The notes under the pieces were generated by a model. That model had not been told where the DNA came from. It ran no database searches and saw only the letters and a list, made by a program, of their open reading frames with translations. From sequence record SRR20825006_128: 64,000 nt of DNA. One strand, 5' to 3'. This document shows positions 58,057 through 64,000 of the stretch, one piece after another. Numbering within the stretch: position 1 is the stretch's first letter; every line of letters starts with the position of its first letter. A program made the translations under genes and the position numbers.

Positions 58057-61000
58057 ATGCAAAAACGTATTGCAGATTTTCTGTTTTCTACCCGCTTAAT
58101 GGCCGTTTTATTTATTGTTTATGCTGTAGCGATGGCAACCGGAACCATCCTTGACGCAGGTCAAGAAACATCACCAACCCCATATACTCGCGAACTGGTC
58201 TATGAAGCCTGGTGGTTTGAATTAATTCACATTTTATTTATAGTCAACTTTGTTGGTAATATTTGGAAATTCAGGCTGTGGCGTAAAGAAAAATGGTCAA
58301 CTCTGGTATTTCACGCCGCCTTTATTCTAATCATTTTTGGTGCAGCCTGGACGCGATATATTGGTTTTGAAGGGGTGATGCCTATTCGCGAGGGGGAAAC
58401 TCAGAATACGTTTTTAAGTGAAAAAACTTACCTCAATGTCTTTATTGACGGGGAACGCGACGGTGCTCCTATGCGAAGAAAACTCGAGCCGAAGCGTCTT
58501 AATTTATCTACACGTTTAGATAACAGCTTTGATTGGGAAACCGATTTTGACGGAAAACCGGTAACTATTTCTTTTTCAAAATTCATAGATGGGGCAGAAG
58601 AAGGCCTTATCGAAACTACTGATGGAAAAGCCCAATTGAAAATTGTTGAAGCCGGAGATGGACAGCGACATGAGCATTATCTTGAAGAAGGGCAGGTGGC
58701 GAGCATTCACAATATGCTTTTTGCACTAAATAAACCTACGGAGGGTGCGATCAATATTGGTTATGACGGTGAGAATTATACGATTGATACGCCTTTTGAA
58801 GGAAGTACGCGAGTAATGGCAACGCAAACCGATTATGCAGTAGCTAAAGACAGTGTGCAAGAACTTAAATTACGCGCATTGTATCAATTGGGCGGGATGC
58901 AGTTTGTAATTCCTGATCCCGTGATCAAAGGAACAAACGGGATTGTTGAAGCTTTTCCAAAGCAAAAAGGTCAGGCAGATGCGCTTTTTGTAACCGTGAC
59001 TACTCCAGATGGTCAGGAGACTGTAGGCCTGTTAGGAGGCAAAGGTTATAACAACGAGATGGTATCTACAGATATTGGTGATCTTAAATTTCACATGGCC
59101 TACGGAAGTTTAGCTCAGGAACTTCCGTTTTCAATAAAGCTGAATGATTTTATCGCTGAGCGTTATCCCGGAACGACCAATGTGTACTCTTCTTATGAGA
59201 GCGAGATCACAGTAATTAACGGTCCGCAGGACACTTTTGACTATGATATTTATATGAATCACGTATTGGATCACAAAGGCTATCGCTTTTTTCAGGCGAG
59301 TTTTGATCCTGACGAATTGGGTACTGTACTTTCGGTAAATCACGATATGGTAGGAACTTGGATTACGTACATTGGGTATTTTTTATTGTATCTAGGTCTA
59401 ATGATCATTCTTTTTGACAAAGGAAGTCGTTTTGGCGATCTCAAAGTGCGTTTAGACAAAGTAAAGGCTAAAAAAGCCAAACTTAGTGTTATTGCTGCTT
59501 TAATCGCTTTTAGTGGAACGGCCTTACACGCGCAGGAACAAGAAGTGGTCGTTGAAAATGGAAACACTAAGGTGGTTGAAGAGCAACCTGAGGATTTTAT
59601 ACCGGGGACGGCTGCAATTGCTGAAGAAACGCAGCACACCGTGCCTACAGCGCAGCAAATCGACTCGGTTTTGATGGCTAATAAAGTACCTGCGGAAGAA
59701 GCTGCAAAGTTTGGTAAATTGGTAATTCAGGATGATGGTGGGCGTATGATGCCTGTGAATACTTTTTCTAGCAAACTTCTAAGAAAACTCAGCCGAAGCG
59801 ACAAGTATCAAGGACTTACAGCAGATCAGGTTTTTCTATCTATGGTTGAAACTCCATTTTTCTGGTATAATGTAGATCTTATTTATCTAAAACCGGCTAA
59901 CGATAGTTTACGCGGAATAATCGGTGTTCCTAAAGATCAGAAGTATGTGAGTGCTTTGGATTTTATAGATAATATGGGGCGCAACAAACTTGATCCTTAT
60001 ATAACCGCGGCTTATCAGGCGGAAGTAAAAAACAGTTTTGACAAGGATTTTATTGATATTGCAGAACGTTTAGGTCTTCTCAATCGCGCAGTAAGTGGAG
60101 AAATTCTTAAAATCTTTCCGCTGGTAAATGACGAGAATAACAAATGGGTTTCTTACCCAGAACTGAATGAGTCTGGTTTTAAAGGAATGGACTCATTATA
60201 CACCAAACAGATTTTACCGCTTTATTTTTCCGCTTTGCGAGAAGGTAACGAGAGCGGGGATTTTTCAAAAGCTGATACGTTTTTGAAAAGCATAAAGAGT
60301 TTCCAAGAAAAATACGGAAGCGCCGTTATTCCTTCTCAGAATAAAGTGGATGCTGAAGTTTTCTATAATAAACACGACATTTTTACCAAGTTGTATTGGA
60401 TGTATTTATTGGCGAGTGTAGTCATGTTTATTTTTGTGATCATTCGCATTTTTAAAGACAACCGCTTTATTAAAACTATGGTGCGTCTTAGCGGACTCGC
60501 CGTAGCAATCCTGTTTGCGCTGCACACTGCCGGACTTATCTGGCGCTGGTATATTTCAGGGCACGCACCTTGGAGTGACGCTTATGAATCGATCCTATAC
60601 GTTGGTTGGGCTACAATGTTCTTTGGATTGGCTTTCGGTAGAAAGAGTTCGCTTACCATTGCGAGTACGGCTTTTGTTGCCGGTTTTATTCTTTGGGGAG
60701 CGAGTATGAACTGGCTGAACCCTGCGATCTCTAACCTGCAACCGGTACTTGATAGTTACTGGTTGATGATTCACGTAGCGGTGATCGTTGCGAGTTATGG
60801 CCCGTTTACGTTAGGAATGATTTTAGGAATTGTTTCGTTGCTCTTGATGCTTTTGACCAACTCAAAGAATAAGAAGCGAATGGAGCTAAATATTAAAGAA
60901 CTTACCATTATTAATGAGATGGCTCTAACCGTTGGTCTTGTCATGCTAACCATAGGAAACTTCTTAGGTGGCCAATGGGCTAACGAAAGTTGGGGACGTT

Positions 61001-61299
61001 ATTGGGGATGGGACCCTAAAGAAACTTGGGCACTGATCAGCATTATGGTGTACGCCTTTGTAATTCATATGCGTTTAGTACCAGGTCTTCGAGGAAGATG
61101 GTTTTTTAACTTAATGGCCGTCTTAGCTTACGGAAGTATTTTGATGACCTATTTTGGCGTGAACTTTTGGTTGTCAGGATTACACAGTTATGCCAGTGGT
61201 GACAACATCCTAAACCTGAATAAGGCCATTTGTATTTTTGCAGGCGTTATTGTCTTTGCACTTCTCGCATATCCTAAATACAAGAAGTTTTACAAATAA
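58057..61299 (+). CDS. ccsA: System II cytochrome c biogenesis protein, fused CcsB(ResB)-CcsA
   Basis: WWD domain WANESWGRYWGWDPKETW, MNHVLDHKGYRFFQASF, WLMIHV and SGLHSYA. ATG at 58057 follows TATCTTCG at 58023. Confidence 0.93.
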   Translation: MQKRIADFLFSTRLMAVLFIVYAVAMATGTILDAGQETSPTPYTRELVYEAWWFELIHILFIVNFVGNIWKFRLWRKEKWSTLVFHAAFILIIFGAAWTRYIGFEGVMPIREGETQNTFLSEKTYLNVFIDGERDGAPMRRKLEPKRLNLSTRLDNSFDWETDFDGKPVTISFSKFIDGAEEGLIETTDGKAQLKIVEAGDGQRHEHYLEEGQVASIHNMLFALNKPTEGAINIGYDGENYTIDTPFEGSTRVMATQTDYAVAKDSVQELKLRALYQLGGMQFVIPDPVIKGTNGIVEAFPKQKGQADALFVTVTTPDGQETVGLLGGKGYNNEMVSTDIGDLKFHMAYGSLAQELPFSIKLNDFIAERYPGTTNVYSSYESEITVINGPQDTFDYDIYMNHVLDHKGYRFFQASFDPDELGTVLSVNHDMVGTWITYIGYFLLYLGLMIILFDKGSRFGDLKVRLDKVKAKKAKLSVIAALIAFSGTALHAQEQEVVVENGNTKVVEEQPEDFIPGTAAIAEETQHTVPTAQQIDSVLMANKVPAEEAAKFGKLVIQDDGGRMMPVNTFSSKLLRKLSRSDKYQGLTADQVFLSMVETPFFWYNVDLIYLKPANDSLRGIIGVPKDQKYVSALDFIDNMGRNKLDPYITAAYQAEVKNSFDKDFIDIAERLGLLNRAVSGEILKIFPLVNDENNKWVSYPELNESGFKGMDSLYTKQILPLYFSALREGNESGDFSKADTFLKSIKSFQEKYGSAVIPSQNKVDAEVFYNKHDIFTKLYWMYLLASVVMFIFVIIRIFKDNRFIKTMVRLSGLAVAILFALHTAGLIWRWYISGHAPWSDAYESILYVGWATMFFGLAFGRKSSLTIASTAFVAGFILWGASMNWLNPAISNLQPVLDSYWLMIHVAVIVASYGPFTLGMILGIVSLLLMLLTNSKNKKRMELNIKELTIINEMALTVGLVMLTIGNFLGGQWANESWGRYWGWDPKETWALISIMVYAFVIHMRLVPGLRGRWFFNLMAVLAYGSILMTYFGVNFWLSGLHSYASGDNILNLNKAICIFAGVIVFALLAYPKYKKFYK

Positions 61300-61319
61300 G
61301 AATTTACCGAATAAGCATT

Positions 61320-61354
61320 AAAAAAAGGAAGCATTGCAAAATGCTTCCTTTTTT
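61320..61354. terminator. Bidirectional rho-independent terminator
   Basis: AAAAAAGGAAGCATT-gcaa-AATGCTTCCTTTTTT between ccsA and fumC. Confidence 0.9.
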
Positions 61355-61373
61355 AGTTTTATAAACTTGGTGA

Positions 61374-62768
61374 CTAGAGTTCGCCTACCATATCTTCAGG
61401 TTTTACCCACTCGTCAAATTCTTCGGGAGTGACGTAACCAAGATTTACGGCTTCTTCGCGTAATGTAGTACCATTCTCGTGTGCAGTATTGGCAATTTCA
61501 GCAGCTTTATAATAACCTATTTTGGTATTTAAAGCGGTAACCAGCATCAGCGAGTTTTCAAGCATTGTTTTGATACGCGGATGATTCGGTTCAATTCCGG
61601 CAGCACAATGCTCTTCAAATGAAGCGCAGGCATCTCCTATAAGTTGCGCACTATGTAAAAAGTTGGCAGCCATCACCGGTTTAAATACGTTAAGTTCGTA
61701 TTGACCCTGCATACCACCTACAGCGATCGCCATATCATTACCCACTACCTGAGCACAAACCATAGTTAGTGCCTCACACTGTGTAGGATTTACTTTTCCT
61801 GGCATAATAGAAGATCCCGGTTCATTTGCCGGAATGATAATCTCACCAATTCCGGAGCGCGGTCCGCTGGCAAGCAAACGAATATCATTTGCGATTTTGT
61901 TGAGGGAAACGGCAAGTTGTTTCAAAGCACCGTGTGACTCCACAATAGCATCGTGGGCTGCAAGCGCTTCAAACTTATTATCTGCGGTTTTAAAAGGTTG
62001 CTCAGTGAACTTAGCGATATATTCAGCAACTAATTTTGCATAACCTTTGGGTGTATTTAAACCGGTACCTACGGCGGTTCCGCCAAGGGCAAGTTCAGAT
62101 AAATGATCTAAAGTGTGCTCAAGAGCCTTGATGCCGTGGTCTAATTGAGAAACGTATCCCGAAAATTCCTGACCTAAGGTTAGGGGTGTAGCGTCCATTA
62201 AATGGGTGCGACCAATTTTTACCACTTCGCGGAAATCATCTGATTTCTTTTTAAGCGTATTTCTTAGTTTAATCACTCCCGGAAGGGTAACTTCCATCAC
62301 CTTTTTATAGGCTGCGATATGCATCCCGGTAGGGAAGGTATCGTTTGAAGATTGTGATTTATTCACGTCATCATTAGGCTGAAGGGTTTTATCACCCTCA
62401 CCTAATTTTTTGCCGGCAAGAATATGAGCGCGGTTGGCGATCACCTCGTTCACATTCATATTACTTTGAGTCCCCGAACCTGTTTGCCAGATGACTAACG
62501 GAAACTGATCGTCGTGTTTTCCTTCTAAAATCTCATCACAAACCTGAGCGATAAGATCGCGTTTTTCTTCAGCTAAAACACCTAATTCGTGATTGGTGTA
62601 AGCTGCAGCTTTCTTCAGATAAGCAAAACCGTAAACGATCTCTAAAGGCATCGATGCGGGATTACCAATTTTAAAATTGTTGCGGGAACGCTCTGTTTGC
62701 GCACCCCAGATTTTATCTGCCGGAACCTTAACTTCGCCCAGCGTATCTTTTTCTATTCTATAATCCAT
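61374..62768 (-). CDS. fumC: Class II fumarate hydratase
   Basis: [40 protein letters not shown] and [11 protein letters not shown]. Confidence 0.97.
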   Translation of the reverse strand: MDYRIEKDTLGEVKVPADKIWGAQTERSRNNFKIGNPASMPLEIVYGFAYLKKAAAYTNHELGVLAEEKRDLIAQVCDEILEGKHDDQFPLVIWQTGSGTQSNMNVNEVIANRAHILAGKKLGEGDKTLQPNDDVNKSQSSNDTFPTGMHIAAYKKVMEVTLPGVIKLRNTLKKKSDDFREVVKIGRTHLMDATPLTLGQEFSGYVSQLDHGIKALEHTLDHLSELALGGTAVGTGLNTPKGYAKLVAEYIAKFTEQPFKTADNKFEALAAHDAIVESHGALKQLAVSLNKIANDIRLLASGPRSGIGEIIIPANEPGSSIMPGKVNPTQCEALTMVCAQVVGNDMAIAVGGMQGQYELNVFKPVMAANFLHSAQLIGDACASFEEHCAAGIEPNHPRIKTMLENSLMLVTALNTKIGYYKAAEIANTAHENGTTLREEAVNLGYVTPEEFDEWVKPEDMVGEL

Positions 62769-62831
62769 TTTGGTTATTTTAGTAGTTCTACAAAAGTAAA
62801 GGTTTGCGTATAATTACTATCGATTGCAGCT

Positions 62832-62851
62832 GTTATAAATATGTTTATAAC
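62832..62851. promoter_or_regulatory. Perfect inverted repeat in the divergent promoter region, candidate operator
   Basis: GTTATAAA-tatg-TTTATAAC. Confidence 0.45.
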
Positions 62852-62916
62852 TTCAAATTTCTGTTGTGTATTTTAAACAAGAATACTTAAATTTGTAACC
62901 AGACAAAAACCATATT

Positions 62917-63087
62917 ATGTTTGAATTTGATCAATACTTAGGCTTCTTAGCATTTTTAACCATCGCAACCATGGGATTTTGGTTAATGATATTTTTAGTA
63001 TCTATTCTACCTTATTGGATTGGTGGAGCGTTTGTAGAGCGAATGAAAGAAATTCGTGAGAAGAAAAAATTAGAACGCGGAAATTAA
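62917..63087 (+). CDS. Small 56-aa membrane protein (not in the ORF track)
   Basis: MFEFDQYLGFLAFLTIATMGFWLMIFLVSILPYWIGGAFVERMKEIREKKKLERGN; TAAATTTG at 62888-62895 and its own terminator. Confidence 0.85.
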   Translation: MFEFDQYLGFLAFLTIATMGFWLMIFLVSILPYWIGGAFVERMKEIREKKKLERGN

Positions 63088-63115
63088 TAAGTATTACTCG
63101 ATATAATTTTAAGTG

Positions 63116-63147
63116 AAAAACCTGCTTCAGATTGAAGCAGGTTTTTT
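63116..63147 (+). terminator. Rho-independent terminator of the small ORF
   Basis: AAAAACCTGCTTCA-gat-TGAAGCAGGTTTTTT. Confidence 0.88.
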
Positions 63148-63170
63148 ATGGATCTATTTTTCTTTGCTAT

Positions 63171-63206
63171 AAAAAAAACAAAGCCATTTCTTGCGAAATG
63201 GCTTTG
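63171..63206 (-). terminator. Rho-independent terminator of the outer membrane receptor gene
   Basis: A-run then CAAAGCCATTTC-ttgc-GAAATGGCTTTG. Confidence 0.85.
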
Positions 63207-63234
63207 CGTCATTGAAGGGAAATGAAAGGGTATT

Positions 63235-63999
63235 TTAACTTTGGTAATCTCCCTCGTTGTCATCGTCATTGACAGGAGATTTTCTATTGTTTTGTCTATC
63301 ATTCTTACGCTGGTTGAAGCGATATACAAATGATAAGTTGATTTGTCTTTGTCTCCACTGAAACTGACTGTCTCTGGTAAAAAGATCGTTAGTCGTTATT
63401 TGACTACGCTTTCTTCCGTTAAACAAATCGCTTACGTTCATAGAGATGGTCGCTTTTTCATCAAATAAATCTTTACTCAACGCCATATCTACAGAAAGGA
63501 TGCCGTCTGTGTCAGACTGCGCGTTTTGAGCAGCACCACGGTAGAATGCATTGGTTTGCCAATCTATGCTCCAAGGAAGTGAAACTTTGGAGCTAAAGCG
63601 TGCAAAATAGCTGGTGTTTTTAGCGCTATAGTCTACATCATTAAAGAATCCTTCAGTATTAAACTGGAAGAAGTTAAAGCTACCATTAAGACGTAACCAT
63701 TTCGCCGGATTGTACAAAAGTCCTAATTCAGCACCAATACGCTCGTTGCTTGATAGGTTTACCGGAATACTTCTAATTACTGTATTACCATTAGTGTTTG
63801 AACCTTGTCCTTGAAGCTCAATGATTTCTTCAACCACTTCAAAAGATTCTGTTTCTCTCTGAAAATATACAGATGAAGTCAAGGTTAACTTGTCCCAGCG
63901 CTTTAAATAACCTAAGTCATAGGCATTTGCAAAAGCCGGTTGTAAATTTGGATTCCCTTGAAAAACGTTATTACGGCTGCTTCTATCCGGGAACGGATT
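63235..63999 (-). CDS. TonB-dependent receptor / outer membrane beta-barrel protein (5' part outside the window)
   Basis: The frame is open to the window edge: NPFPDRSSRNNVFQGNPNLQPAF..., amphipathic beta strands, VSDLFN and RQINLSFVYRF. Confidence 0.9.
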   Translation of the reverse strand, partial: NPFPDRSSRNNVFQGNPNLQPAFANAYDLGYLKRWDKLTLTSSVYFQRETESFEVVEEIIELQGQGSNTNGNTVIRSIPVNLSSNERIGAELGLLYNPAKWLRLNGSFNFFQFNTEGFFNDVDYSAKNTSYFARFSSKVSLPWSIDWQTNAFYRGAAQNAQSDTDGILSVDMALSKDLFDEKATISMNVSDLFNGRKRSQITTNDLFTRDSQFQWRQRQINLSFVYRFNQRKNDRQNNRKSPVNDDDNEGDYQS

Positions 64000-64000
64000 T

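Noticed and set aside
63235-63320. Charged tail after the last beta strand of the receptor
   Set aside because: Such tails appear common in this Bacteroidota barrel family, so it was not treated as novel.
63084-63329. 81-aa minus-strand ORF
   Set aside because: It spans two terminators and overlaps the receptor gene end out of frame.

Overview
This is an AT-rich bacterial chromosomal segment from a member of Bacteroidota, most likely Flavobacteriaceae. The assignment rests on TAnnTTTG-type -7 promoter boxes, signal peptides followed by Gln, and the gene content; it was not verified by search. Most of the window is housekeeping: ribH (partial), mutL, two rhomboid proteases, tamB-tamL, cysE-cysM, truA, corA, parE-parC-mscL, ppc, kdsC, ccsBA, fumC and a partial TonB-dependent-type receptor. 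It also holds three sensor kinases, transporters and several secreted or lipoprotein enzymes. I saw no rRNA, tRNA, CRISPR array, transposase or prophage. Points of most interest: (1) a translationally coupled operon of three paralogous secreted proteins with a fibre-like QVG(I/V)xTxxP..LxVxG start (30229-32149); (2) about seven TTACA-N2-TGTAA palindromes between a divergent XRE regulator and an M14 peptidase, several embedding the sigma -7 box; (3) a Tat-exported HisC-like aminotransferase coupled to an AEC-type permease; (4) a lipoprotein-anchored family I pyrophosphatase coupled to a GH43 lipoprotein; (5) helically phased TTAAC repeats upstream of pfpI; (6) two small membrane-protein ORFs absent from the ORF track; (7) an internal signal-peptide-like segment in CcsBA. 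All family calls come from motif recognition by eye, without database searches.
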